From: a virus
Lineage: Duplodnaviria > Caudoviricetes
Length of the DNA stretch: 57,960 nt
Reading direction: 5' to 3' (one strand)
IMG/VR virus record: IMGVR_UViG_3300031454_000004
Span: 1-57,960 of that record
Below the pieces are notes generated by a model. It was not told the DNA's origin, did no database searches, and saw nothing but the letters and a program-made list of their open reading frames with translations. The translations under genes were made by a program, and so were the position numbers. Shown in pieces: positions 36,426 to 46,356 of the stretch. Each line of letters opens with the position of its first letter. The stretch's first letter is position 1.

Positions 36426-36458
36426 CAGATTGCTTCGTCGTTCCTCCTCGCAATGACG
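36426..36458. repeat. REP-like palindromic element
   Basis: CAGATTGCTTCGTCGTTCCTCCTCGCAATGACG; other copies at 39796-39889 and 43028-43058. Confidence 0.75.
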
Positions 36459-36512
36459 ACCGCAACATAAATTCATAATTCATAATTCTAAATTCTTAAT
36501 TAATAATTGCCT

Positions 36513-36551
36513 CATTGTCCTTTCCCCGGCGGACACTTAGTGTCATTTTTG
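36513..36551 (+). promoter_or_regulatory. Putative late promoter, copy 4
   Basis: CATTGTCCTTT-N20-CATTTTTG. Confidence 0.7.
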
Positions 36552-36556
36552 ATTAA

Positions 36557-37153
36557 ATGATCAGCGAAGCCCAATATTTTGACAGTGCCAGGATGCACAA
36601 CCTTGAGATCAGTGTAATTAAAGCCGTAGCTGCAGTAGAGAGCGGCGGCAAAGCTTTTTTAAACACCGGCGAGCCTGTAATATTGTTTGAACCGCATGTG
36701 TTTTGGCGGCAACTTGTTGCCCGCAATATAAACCCTAAACTATATGCCGCTAACTACGCTGATATTTTATACCGCGTTTGGAAACGGGATGCCTACGGCC
36801 CAAGCACCAAACAGCACGAAAGATTAAACCGGGCAGGCACCATTAACCGCGAAGCTGCGTTATGCGCTGCAAGCTGGGGGCGCTTTCAAATTATGGGTTA
36901 TCACTATAAAACATGCGGCTGCCATACCATACAGGATTTTATAAATGCGATGTATAAAAGCGAAGATGAACACCTGCGTTTGTTTATGAATTTTATTAAC
37001 GCAACGGGGCTGATAAATGCGCTTCGGCAAAAAGACTGGGCAGCTTTTGCAAAAGGATATAACGGCGCCGCTTATAAACAAAACCGCTACGACCAACGGC
37101 TGCAGAACGCTTATTTGTCGCTGCGAAAAATAACCATTCAACCTAACAAATAA
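36557..37153 (+). CDS. N-acetylmuramidase endolysin (DUF3380 family)
   Basis: AVAAVES.G, PVILFEPHVF, ASWGRFQIMG, DWAAFAKGYNG, YDQRL. Confidence 0.95.
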   Translation: MISEAQYFDSARMHNLEISVIKAVAAVESGGKAFLNTGEPVILFEPHVFWRQLVARNINPKLYAANYADILYRVWKRDAYGPSTKQHERLNRAGTINREAALCAASWGRFQIMGYHYKTCGCHTIQDFINAMYKSEDEHLRLFMNFINATGLINALRQKDWAAFAKGYNGAAYKQNRYDQRLQNAYLSLRKITIQPNK

Positions 37154-37423
37154 ATGGTTAAACATGGCAACCAAATGAAAGACTTAATTAAGCTGTTTAC
37201 AGGCGTGTTTATTACCGCCAACCTTATGGTTGCCCTTTGTATGTTTTTAGCCATCTGCAATACAGTAGCCGATCACGATAAGGGAAAGGCAAATGAGCCG
37301 GTGACAGACAGTAATGAGGTGGGCGCTTATCCGGCATCCGGTTACAGTAAAATAGACACTGCAGCAGATAAAAAGCTAAGGGATCTATACCTTTTTGAAC
37401 TTAAAAAAAAGGTGTCGCAGTGA
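37154..37423 (+). CDS. Small TM protein
   Basis: Hydrophobic segment at aa 14-36. Confidence 0.5.
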   Translation: MVKHGNQMKDLIKLFTGVFITANLMVALCMFLAICNTVADHDKGKANEPVTDSNEVGAYPASGYSKIDTAADKKLRDLYLFELKKKVSQ

Positions 37424-38198
37424 TTGTTTTTAATGAAAAATACGGACCTGCAGCACAGAGCTATAACGAGCTTACTGGCAGGCAGCTTATAAAAATTGCT
37501 GCCCTGATAGGCAGTAATGGAGATGAAGTGGTGGCAAGGTTAAAGGCATTGCAGGTGCTGCTTAATAAAAGTGTATTTTTTTTTGCTTGATACCGGCCGA
37601 TGCAAAAGAGCAGATGCTGCCCTTTATTGAGTGGGTATTTGAGCAGAATACACTTACGAAACAGCACCTGGTAAGCTACCGTAAAATGTATGGCCCTGCT
37701 GATGATTTTGATAACCTTACCATGGGCGAATGGAATGCCTGCGAAATATTTTATAACGGGATGGTGCAACACAAGGATACTGAAAGTGATATGGTTAATG
37801 AAGGTGATGAAGATGCTTTAAACAAGCTGGTTGCAGTTTTATACAGGTTGCCAAAACCTAAGTACGACAAAGTTTTGAATAGCGATGGAGATATAAGAAT
37901 GCCCTTTAATGAAAATGAAATTGATTTTTATAAAAAAAAGATTGCCCGCTGGCCTGCTGCTGTAAAAATGGCCATAGTGCTGTGGTACGATGGCTGCCGC
38001 GAGCATTTAAAAGAGCAGTATGATCTTTTTGACAACGCGGATAGCGGTGATGGAGAACCGGGAATGTTTGAGCTGATAAGAGGAATGTGCGGTAAACGTT
38101 ACGGAAACTTTAAAGAGGTTGAAAAAATGAACGTGCATATAGTAATGCGCGAACTTGAAATGATGAAGAAGGAAGCGGAGGAGATGCCCCGGGCTTAA
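37420..38198 (+). CDS. Putative tail assembly chaperone split by a -1 frameshift at T9 (37576-37584)
   Basis: The GTG 37420 frame (MIVFNEKYGPAAQSYNELTGRQL...) stops at 37590; one extra T joins it to the 37587-38198 ORF. Confidence 0.6.
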
Positions 38199-38263
38199 GT
38201 TAGGAGATAGGAGTTTTGAATTATGAATTATGAATTATGAATTATGAATTATGATACCCCACA

Positions 38264-38464
38264 ATGAAAATGATGGTAGTAGATAATAAATATGATTTTG
38301 GAGATATGGTTTATTTGAAGACAGATCCAGATCAATTAAAGCGGATTATTACAGGCATCCACGTTTTTCCGGGCAACGCAATTTCTTACACGGTAACACA
38401 GGCAGGCACTGAATCACAACATTACGAGTTTGAAATATCAGCAGAAAAACAAATTATAGAATGA
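38264..38464 (+). CDS. Small SH3-like phage protein
   Basis: NKYDFGDMVYLKTDPDQ. Confidence 0.6.
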   Translation: MKMMVVDNKYDFGDMVYLKTDPDQLKRIITGIHVFPGNAISYTVTQAGTESQHYEFEISAEKQIIE

Positions 38465-38477
38465 CTTTGAAGATTGA

Positions 38478-38870
38478 ATGAAAGAAGTTATAAACATACC
38501 GTTTCCGTTAAAAAAGTTTGTTACATGGACGGCGATAATAATTGTGTTTGCAGTTGCAGTATGGATTGCAATTAAATGGAATAAACAACTGGTACCGCCA
38601 GCGGCATATAAAGCTTTAATGGATAGCACCAACCAACGGATAATGCAGCAGGATATGGTAATAAAAAGCGTGTGGGAACGGGTAAAAGAAGTGGAGGCAG
38701 ACATTGGCCGGTTAAACAAAAACGGAACCGCTATTAAGCAGAATATTCAAAGCAACACAAGCCGTCGAAGTGATATAAAAACAGCCCATGAAAAAATTAA
38801 TAATACTGTTGACGCTTATACTGATGACGACATTGAGCGGTATTTGCAGCAGCACTACGGACACAAGTAA
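38478..38870 (+). CDS. Spanin-like inner membrane protein
   Basis: N-terminal TM followed by a coiled coil. Confidence 0.5.
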   Translation: MKEVINIPFPLKKFVTWTAIIIVFAVAVWIAIKWNKQLVPPAAYKALMDSTNQRIMQQDMVIKSVWERVKEVEADIGRLNKNGTAIKQNIQSNTSRRSDIKTAHEKINNTVDAYTDDDIERYLQQHYGHK

Positions 38871-39222
38871 AAGCGAATATAAAAAAAGCTATATCCGCGC
38901 TTTAATTGCAGATGTAGAGATGGGTAAGATCTATAAATATGAAATGCTTAGGTATGACAGCTTAACAACACTGTATCAAAGTTATGCTGCAAACCGGGAT
39001 AGCATTATTGATGCAATGACAACAACGGATTTAGGAAAGGACACCATTATCAATTCTTTAGTAATTGTAACCAAAGATTTAAAAAAACAACAGGAATATA
39101 CTTTGGCATGGGTAAAAGGGATTAACACCGAGTTACGAAGGCAGAAAGTAAAAACGTTTTTCAACAGGGTTCTTAATGTGTTGGTTATAGGCACAGGCAT
39201 TTATTTGTTTGTAAAAAAATAA
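38788..39222 (+). CDS. Overlapping spanin-like exported protein
   Basis: Signal peptide with Cys (LSGIC) and a C-terminal TM; overlaps the preceding gene by 83 nt. Confidence 0.45.
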   Translation: MKKLIILLTLILMTTLSGICSSTTDTSKSEYKKSYIRALIADVEMGKIYKYEMLRYDSLTTLYQSYAANRDSIIDAMTTTDLGKDTIINSLVIVTKDLKKQQEYTLAWVKGINTELRRQKVKTFFNRVLNVLVIGTGIYLFVKK

Positions 39223-39280
39223 TTCATCATTCAACTACCCTTCCACAAGCTTAATCAGTAAATAATTCATCATAAAAACC

Positions 39281-39781
39281 ATGGGCTTTTATAAACAAAG
39301 AGAACAATACTTACAGGGCATAGCCCAGGATCATCCCTTAGTGTTGCATAATCAGCCGGTTAGTGCAGTTGATGCACGGCCGAGGCAAAGCTTCTTTAGA
39401 ATTAATGACGAGGAAGAGTTGAATGCAGCCTCTGTAAACTGGGTACATTTTCCGTGCGTGGTAATGATAGGCTTAAGCGGCGGCCTTATTAATAAAAGCG
39501 GAAGCATAAGGCAGTTGAATATTAATACCGTGCTGGTTTTAGAAAAGATGCTTCTTGATGAAAACAACCCTATTGATGCCACAGCAATTACCGAAGCATA
39601 CGACAGAACTTTTGAAGTGATGAATGATTTTATTGGGCGGGTTAATGATGATTATGAAGCTGGCGACGTTTGCGTTTTTAGTGATCTTGACCTGGGCAGG
39701 TTTAAATGGGAGCAGGCAGGCCCATTGGGCGATCAGCTTTATGGATGGATATTAACTTTTAGCGATGAAACAGGGAAGTGA
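39281..39781 (+). CDS. Putative tail terminator/completion protein
   Basis: 166 aa, acidic, ending GPLGDQLYGWILTF. Confidence 0.45.
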   Translation: MGFYKQREQYLQGIAQDHPLVLHNQPVSAVDARPRQSFFRINDEEELNAASVNWVHFPCVVMIGLSGGLINKSGSIRQLNINTVLVLEKMLLDENNPIDATAITEAYDRTFEVMNDFIGRVNDDYEAGDVCVFSDLDLGRFKWEQAGPLGDQLYGWILTFSDETGK

Positions 39782-39795
39782 GTGGGTGAATTATC

Positions 39796-39889
39796 GTCAT
39801 TGCGAGCGAAGCGAAGCAATCTGCTGCTTACACTATTAGCCTGACTTTGATAATATCAGATTGCTTCGTCGTTCCTCCTCGCAATGACG
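39796..39889. repeat. Inverted pair of REP-like elements
   Basis: CGTCATTGCGAG..GAAGCAATCTG ... CAGATTGCTTC..CTCGCAATGACG. Confidence 0.8.
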
Positions 39890-39912
39890 ATGCCTTGTTG
39901 GTTTACACTTCC

Positions 39913-39951
39913 CATTGTCCTTTACATCAACCTGAATGTCCGCCACATTTG
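39913..39951 (+). promoter_or_regulatory. Putative late promoter, copy 5
   Basis: CATTGTCCTTT-N20-CACATTTG. Confidence 0.7.
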
Positions 39952-39967
39952 TAATTCATCTCCTTAA

Positions 39968-41821
39968 ATGGCAACACAAATAACAGAAAGGCCGCATACT
40001 TTTAATTTTTCTGAAAATGAAATAAGGTATGTGTTTAATGTAAATGATCCGGCGGCGGCGGGCTGCGCTGTTCAGGTGGAATTAGTTTACTTTAAAGAGG
40101 GTATTGCAGCAGCACAGAAAATAATAAGCTTTGCCCTTACGCCCGATGCGGACGGAACCGTTTATTGCCATGTTCAAAATTATTTAAAGTCGTTTTTAAA
40201 ACCGCAACTGCCCGATGTTGTTGCAGATTATGCATCAGCAATTACCACACAGGTAAAAAGGTTTTATATTAAGTACCGCCAGGTTACCAATGCCAGCGCT
40301 AATACCGAATGGATAGACGATAGCGCCAATACCAAAACAGTGCTGTTAGGTGGCGTGGAAAGAATGAAATTTAAACGCAATAACTTTTTTGTCAGTTACC
40401 TATTCGATACAAAGGCATGGCTAACCTGGCAGCCCAAAGGAAGCTTTGTTTATATTAACCAGCCACATTACTTAACGCTGCTTATAGCAGACGAAACGGT
40501 TAAAGAATTTACCGTAAGGGTACGAACTGTTTTTACCGATGGCACTATAGATAACACTTCGGAAGCCACCTTTAAAACCAGTGTTGATACCCCGCTTTGG
40601 CGCATTGATGCAAGCGTAAAAAAGTGGGAGCTCGACACCTTCAACACAAGCAAAAACATTTACTATTATGAAATAAATGCCATAAGCGGCAATATTATTT
40701 TAGCGCTTCCACATAGGTTTTACATACAATATAACCCGGTGTATGCTTATTGGGATTTTAATTATTTCAACAGCCTTGGCGGGATGGATTTTGTAAGGGT
40801 GGCAGGCGAAACTTTAATTAGCGCCGATGTAAACAGCGAAGACGTTGAGCACATTATTTACCGCGATGCATTAAACACTGACAAGCCGCAGGAGCAATAC
40901 ACCGCCACCAACTTTGTAAAGAAAGACGTGTATAAAGGCGATGCCGGTTTTATGCAAACCACCAGGCAACAGGAAGCATTGCTGGAGCTGCTGCTTAGCC
41001 GCGGAATTTATGAACTTACAGATGGCAGGTGGATTAAAATAATGAACCTGAAGAAGAGCGCCGACCTGCGCAATACAACCGATAAAAAATGGAGCTTCGC
41101 TATTGAGTGGAGCTATGGTTATGATGATAGTGTGTTTACCCCAAAAGCAATTTTATTAGGCAACGGGCAGGCTGATGCAATACCGGTAACGGTATGTGCA
41201 CCGGTAGAACTTCCAGCCAACATTGTTATGCCAGATGGAGAAGTGGGTACACCATACAATTTTTACATTAACGTGGCTGGTGATGCGCCTTATGTATTGG
41301 CTGAACTAATTAAACCATCGTGGATGAGCGTTCAGCTTGTGGCAAATGTCCTCAACTTTACAGGCAAACCGGATGTAACAGGAACCAATCTTGACGTTTC
41401 ATTTACTTTAAGCAATTGCAGTGGCGCCAACGCTTTGCCATTTACCGATTACATAAATATAACCCAGGCCGTACAGCCAAATATGCCGGAAATTATTGCA
41501 GGCAGTAATACTTTTTCGGGCGGCATAAGAACACAAGTGTTTACTGTTGGGCCAAATGTAAACCCGGGCAACAGGTTTGTTTTAACAGTTTATAACCATA
41601 GCGTAATTGTTACAGCGGTTGCAGGGGATACGCCCAATATAATTGCGGCTAAACTTGCCCAGGCGATTAACAATACTACCGCAGTACAATGGAACGATGC
41701 AAAATTTGCTCCGGCAAGTGGTACGCCGGGCTTTAAGCCAACAGCTACAAGCAGCGGTAATGCAATTACCGCTTCATTAAACGAGGGTAGCCTGTTTAGA
41801 TCGGGAGCATATGTGAGTTGA
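39968..41821 (+). CDS. Distal tail/baseplate-like protein with C-terminal Ig-like domains
   Basis: FNSLGGMDF motif; PDGEVGTPY...P.WM.....FTGKP Ig-like module. Confidence 0.65.
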   Translation: MATQITERPHTFNFSENEIRYVFNVNDPAAAGCAVQVELVYFKEGIAAAQKIISFALTPDADGTVYCHVQNYLKSFLKPQLPDVVADYASAITTQVKRFYIKYRQVTNASANTEWIDDSANTKTVLLGGVERMKFKRNNFFVSYLFDTKAWLTWQPKGSFVYINQPHYLTLLIADETVKEFTVRVRTVFTDGTIDNTSEATFKTSVDTPLWRIDASVKKWELDTFNTSKNIYYYEINAISGNIILALPHRFYIQYNPVYAYWDFNYFNSLGGMDFVRVAGETLISADVNSEDVEHIIYRDALNTDKPQEQYTATNFVKKDVYKGDAGFMQTTRQQEALLELLLSRGIYELTDGRWIKIMNLKKSADLRNTTDKKWSFAIEWSYGYDDSVFTPKAILLGNGQADAIPVTVCAPVELPANIVMPDGEVGTPYNFYINVAGDAPYVLAELIKPSWMSVQLVANVLNFTGKPDVTGTNLDVSFTLSNCSGANALPFTDYINITQAVQPNMPEIIAGSNTFSGGIRTQVFTVGPNVNPGNRFVLTVYNHSVIVTAVAGDTPNIIAAKLAQAINNTTAVQWNDAKFAPASGTPGFKPTATSSGNAITASLNEGSLFRSGAYVS

Positions 41822-41865
41822 ATTATGAATTATGAATGATGAATTATGAATGATGATACCCTACT

Positions 41866-42672
41866 ATGAAAATTTGCAGTTACCATAGCAATTTATATTT
41901 TGACAGCTTTTGCCAGCACGTAGCTGAGATGAAGGCTAAAGGCTTTGATGTTATCCTGTTTTGCATTACCGAAACGGATATGCGTTTTAATATGGAGATT
42001 TTTACAGAGTTTAAAACATATGCTGAAGGCGAAGGGCTGGAGTGCTGGGCTACTTTTTGGGGGTTGTTTGCAGGTGAAGCCGTATGCACTGCAAATGAAA
42101 TTGGGGAAAAGAAAATTTATTTGTCGCGCTGGCTTGAGAAGGTAATAAACATTGGCTTTAATCATATTTTTATTGATGAACCAAAGCAGGCATCGTTAAA
42201 CGAGATCATACATATATTACCTGGCTTTAATAACAATCAACAAGCTGAGGGAGGCAAAGAAGTTAACTTTCACTTATGCCTTAGCGATGAAACTTTTAAC
42301 GAACTGCCGGATGATAAAATAAAGCGATTGCCTTTTAAATCGGTTGGGGTAAGTTGCTACCATTGGGTGAAGGACTGGATTAAGATATGCGACCGTACAG
42401 AAGCCATAACAAAGCGGCTGCATTTGCTGAGGCCTGCTGATAATTTTATTTTTCTGCAGGGCTTTGATATACCGGCGGGATGGGAAGATATACCGATGAT
42501 GGTAAAAGAAATTGCTGAAGTTTACGGCATTGTAAATTTTGGCTTTTGGAGCTTTAGAAGCACCGCCGCTACAGGAAGCAAGCGGCCGGTTAACCATGAA
42601 AAGGTTTGGGAGAAGGTGAGATTTGGGCGGCCCTATAGCATCTCCCTGCAAGGTCAAATGGATGTTTTATAG
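41866..42672 (+). CDS. Accessory protein, possible TIM-barrel hydrolase
   Basis: MKAKGFD, IFIDEP, FLQGF, FGFWSF pattern; lies inside heptamer arrays. Confidence 0.4.
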   Translation: MKICSYHSNLYFDSFCQHVAEMKAKGFDVILFCITETDMRFNMEIFTEFKTYAEGEGLECWATFWGLFAGEAVCTANEIGEKKIYLSRWLEKVINIGFNHIFIDEPKQASLNEIIHILPGFNNNQQAEGGKEVNFHLCLSDETFNELPDDKIKRLPFKSVGVSCYHWVKDWIKICDRTEAITKRLHLLRPADNFIFLQGFDIPAGWEDIPMMVKEIAEVYGIVNFGFWSFRSTAATGSKRPVNHEKVWEKVRFGRPYSISLQGQMDVL

Positions 42673-42693
42673 ACTTAAAAACAAATAAATAAA

Positions 42694-42975
42694 ATGGCAA
42701 AATTTAAAAAGAAGCCTGTAGTTATTGATGCTATCACATTTCAGGAGTTCGTAGAGTACGGAAAACAAAACAGTGGAAACATTGTCCACGGTATGCCATG
42801 GAGTTTTGAGTACAGGGGACATCCGGTAACACACGAGAATGATAAATGTTATCAAATACCAACACTTGAAGGCATCTACAATTTCACGCCGGCCGATATG
42901 CTAATTATAGGCGTCAAAGGAGAAATTTACCCATGTAAAATTGATATTTTCGAGATGACTTACGAGCCTGTATAA
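42694..42975 (+). CDS. Widespread small phage protein (KKPVVI..TLEG..GEIYPCK..IF..TYE family)
   Basis: Recognisable motif set; function unknown to me. Confidence 0.7.
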   Translation: MAKFKKKPVVIDAITFQEFVEYGKQNSGNIVHGMPWSFEYRGHPVTHENDKCYQIPTLEGIYNFTPADMLIIGVKGEIYPCKIDIFEMTYEPV

Positions 42976-43109
42976 GCGTGGTTTGTGCGAATTGTGATCT
43001 CGAAACATCCCGTTATTCCGGCAGGGGGATTGCTTCGTCGTACCTCCTCGCAATGACGTAACAGATCATTTATCATTCAACATTCATAATTCATAATTCA
43101 TAATTCGTA

Positions 43110-45281
43110 ATGATCGGGATAAAAGTAAACGGACTATTTTTAGAACTGAAGCCCGGAACGGCGGCAGAAATAGAACGCAAAAGCCCTTTTTTTGCTATTG
43201 ACGAAGTTGCCGCAGAATATACTACCCCCCTTAGCTTTAGGTACACAGAAAATAATGCGATAGCGTTAGGTTTTATTTACCAGTATTATACAAAGAGACT
43301 CAAAAAGAAGGTAGCCGTAGAAATTTACGATGGCACCAGCTTTAAATATAAAGCTACCCTGGTTGTTGAAACCGGTAAGATGAATATGAACAGGCTTGAA
43401 GATTCGGAACTTAGCGGCTACCTGTTGTTTGGAATCAGCGATTTTTTTCAGGCGGTGAAGGGCAAGAAACTTTCGGAACTTCAGCTGGGTGGACTTAGAA
43501 CTTTTACCTGGACGACAAAACTGCCTTTTGACGGGAGCAACGGCTTTTGGCAACACATTCACCGCACATGGATTGATGATACGATACCTTATGTGTTTGT
43601 GCCTATACGGAACGAACATTATGCCGGCGAAAACGGCGATGTGGACTGGATGAATAAGCTGGACATTACTTCGACAACGGCAAATAAGATTTGGTACGAC
43701 TTTAATAACCCGCTGGTGCCGCAGATACGTTTGCCTTACCTGCTGCAGAAGATATTTGAGGAAGCAGGCTTTGAAGTGGATTTTACAGGGCTGAACGATG
43801 CAGACTGGCGCAGGCTGCTACTGGTTAACCTTACCGGTGTTAACTGGCTTACGACAACGCAAACCGCTGCCGGTATTGGCCCCGCGCCGTCAGCAACGAT
43901 TACGATAGATCTTAAAAAACATTTGCCGCAGGACAAGACGGTAAGCGACTTTCTTGTTCAGTTGTTTGGGCGCTATTGCTGGGCGCCGCTGTTTGATGTA
44001 GTGCAGCGGAAAGTGAGGTTAGTGGCCGGTAAAGAACTCTTTAAAGGAGGCAGGCGAAAGGATTGGACGATGTACGCCGAGCCTGTGTTTGACAGCAGCT
44101 TTAACCAGGATAAGAAGATATTCGCGTTTACGAACGAGATTGACGGTAATGATCAACTGCCTTCGGCGCCCGACTTTACAGGGGCGCGGTTCAGTGCTTC
44201 GGTTATTAATTTTCAGCAGTTGCCAATTAACCCGGGGCCGGAACTGAAGGGAAGGATCGCCTACGTTTATCTTGAAAACCAATGGTACCAGGTGCAGCTT
44301 GACGAGACAACGAATAAGTACGCATGGAAACTTTTTGCCGATAATATTTATAACGAGGAGCCGAAGAATGCCACCGATACCATCAGCACTACGATTAGCA
44401 CTTTGCCTTATTATTTTACGCGGTACCGCAAACCAAACGCTACGGCGAATGAATATTTGTATGGGTTCTTCCCGATGCTGAACCAGGAGGCCACTACGCC
44501 GATAGGTTACCGCACCCTGCTTTACCACGGTATGACGAATGAAACCCGTGATAACGGCGGGGCATGGCTGCTTAAATATCCCCTGGCAAGCAGCACAAGA
44601 AATAACACCACCGGTTTAACGCCGCTTACGTGGAGCAATGTTTACCGGCATAAGTACTTTGCAGGTTCGGTGTTCGAGGTTGATTATGGCATTATCAGCT
44701 ATTGGTGGAAGGATTTTTTGAACATACTTAAGCATGGAGAAGAATGCGTTTTTAAAGTGTGGCTTGAGCTAAACGAGCTGACCAGTTTTGCATGGGATGA
44801 GGAGATACTTATTGAGAATATTCCTTACCTGGTTACACAGATAACCGAGCCTATGCCGTATAGGGGATTTGTACAAGCCACACTTAAGCGGTTGTTACCC
44901 GAGGAACCGGAAGTGGTTGCTGTTGATGCGGATAACAATGTGGTAAGTGGTGTTTTTGCGCGGCTGTCGGTTTTTAATACCAGGAATAAAGTGAACGGTT
45001 CGTTAACGCACCGGATATGCGATGTGAAGGTGAATTTGTACGGTGATGCTGCGGGAACTATAGCTTTTAAGCCGCCATCGGTACTGTATGTGCTGGTGAG
45101 GCAGGCTAACCTCCACAACGATAACAGTGTAACTACCACAGAGGATTATCTCGGTGTTGACAGCAATGAGAGAGTGATACTTTCGGGGGTGGATTATGAT
45201 GTTTACGCCTCGGGCGTATTGATTAAGAAGATGACCTACACGTTGCAGCCGAGCGCGGCGAGGGATTATGTGGTGATGTAG
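43110..45281 (+). CDS. Tail tip/hub protein
   Basis: N-terminal L.L.P....IE..SPFF.....YT.P......N...LG motif; 723 aa. Confidence 0.65.
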   Translation: MIGIKVNGLFLELKPGTAAEIERKSPFFAIDEVAAEYTTPLSFRYTENNAIALGFIYQYYTKRLKKKVAVEIYDGTSFKYKATLVVETGKMNMNRLEDSELSGYLLFGISDFFQAVKGKKLSELQLGGLRTFTWTTKLPFDGSNGFWQHIHRTWIDDTIPYVFVPIRNEHYAGENGDVDWMNKLDITSTTANKIWYDFNNPLVPQIRLPYLLQKIFEEAGFEVDFTGLNDADWRRLLLVNLTGVNWLTTTQTAAGIGPAPSATITIDLKKHLPQDKTVSDFLVQLFGRYCWAPLFDVVQRKVRLVAGKELFKGGRRKDWTMYAEPVFDSSFNQDKKIFAFTNEIDGNDQLPSAPDFTGARFSASVINFQQLPINPGPELKGRIAYVYLENQWYQVQLDETTNKYAWKLFADNIYNEEPKNATDTISTTISTLPYYFTRYRKPNATANEYLYGFFPMLNQEATTPIGYRTLLYHGMTNETRDNGGAWLLKYPLASSTRNNTTGLTPLTWSNVYRHKYFAGSVFEVDYGIISYWWKDFLNILKHGEECVFKVWLELNELTSFAWDEEILIENIPYLVTQITEPMPYRGFVQATLKRLLPEEPEVVAVDADNNVVSGVFARLSVFNTRNKVNGSLTHRICDVKVNLYGDAAGTIAFKPPSVLYVLVRQANLHNDNSVTTTEDYLGVDSNERVILSGVDYDVYASGVLIKKMTYTLQPSAARDYVVM

Positions 45282-45339
45282 TCAGTTATGAATTATGAAT
45301 TATGAATTCAGAATTAGTAATTATCAATTATCAATGAGA

Positions 45340-45804
45340 ATGAATACGCAATTAATGTTTAGCAGTATTTCTAATGAGTGGGAAACTCCAAGGGATTTGG
45401 TAGATAGGTTGAATGACGAATTTTATTTTACATTAGATCCTTGCTGCACCACTGAAAACAAAACATGTCAAAATTTTTTCACTATACAAGACGATGGATT
45501 AAACAAAGATTGGACTGGACATAATGTTTATGTAAATCCGCCTTACGGTAGGGAAATTGGCAAGTGGGTTAAAAAATGTTACGAAGAAAGCAGGAATGGA
45601 ACATTATGTGTAATGTGTATTCCTGCAAGAACGGATACAAGATGGTTTCACGACTATATACAAGGCAAAGCGGAAATACGATTTTTGAAAGGAAGATTAA
45701 AGTTTATAAATCGACTTCTACCGTCCTATAATGAGAATGGGAATTTTAAAGTATCGCCTGCTCCATTCCCTTCGATGATTGTGATCTTTAAGCCTTACAT
45801 ATAA
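45340..45804 (+). CDS. Phage DNA N6-adenine methyltransferase (Dam-like)
   Basis: EWETP, FTLDPC, DGL..DW, VNPPYG, PARTDT.WF, FLKGRLKF, APFPS. Confidence 0.9.
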   Translation: MNTQLMFSSISNEWETPRDLVDRLNDEFYFTLDPCCTTENKTCQNFFTIQDDGLNKDWTGHNVYVNPPYGREIGKWVKKCYEESRNGTLCVMCIPARTDTRWFHDYIQGKAEIRFLKGRLKFINRLLPSYNENGNFKVSPAPFPSMIVIFKPYI

Positions 45805-45879
45805 AAAGAGTAAAATCATCTCTTGATGTTCCCAATTCATAATTCATAATTCATAATTCTGAATTATTCTTTGTGGATT

Positions 45880-45918
45880 GATTGTCCTTCTTAAGCAGTT
45901 GGCTTAATTATACTTTTA
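45880..45918 (+). promoter_or_regulatory. Putative late promoter, copy 6
   Basis: GATTGTCCTTC-N20-TACTTTTA. Confidence 0.55.
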
Positions 45919-45981
45919 CAACTTCACGTTTTTCATAACATGGAAATTGGTACCGGGCGGGGTTTTTACCCTGCCTTTTTT

Positions 45982-46020
45982 CATTGTCCTTTCCGCCGTT
46001 GTATTGTCCGCCCAATTTTG
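45982..46020 (+). promoter_or_regulatory. Putative late promoter, copy 7
   Basis: CATTGTCCTTT-N20-CAATTTTG. Confidence 0.7.
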
Positions 46021-46045
46021 TTACTTCAAACCAACATCAATTACC

Positions 46046-46351
46046 ATGGGCAAGAAATCGAAGTTTAAGGCTATAAGGCGACAAGCCGATGAATTACCGG
46101 TATTAAGCAGGGCGCAGCCATTAACCCAAAGACTTAGCGGCGCTGAAGTGCTTGCTACAATGGGTATACCCTAAATAGATAATGTACCTGTTTTACCAGA
46201 TATGAATTATAAAATAAAGGGAGTGGCCACTGTGCCTGTAAATCATAAGAGGTATATGAAGAAGATGTATAACCGGTTTGGACAGCAGGGGGTTGATAAG
46301 TATATAACTGCAGTAAAAAAGCGCAGCAACGAATTAGCGCTAAAAGCATAA
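46046..46351 (+). pseudogene. Hypothetical gene interrupted by an in-frame TAA at 46172-46174
   Basis: MGKKSKFK...MGIP* continues in the same frame as IDNVPVLPD...NHKRYMKKMY...ALKA*. Confidence 0.6.
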
Positions 46352-46356
46352 TAAAT

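Noticed and set aside
45295-45339. ORF-track N-terminus MNYEFRISNYQLS of the methyltransferase, and ORF 22186-22413
   Set aside because: These are translations of heptamer repeats; the real start is probably 45340.
46172-46174. Alternative genetic code (stop reassignment)
   Set aside because: This is an isolated case; TAA, TAG and TGA all terminate well-supported genes elsewhere in the window.
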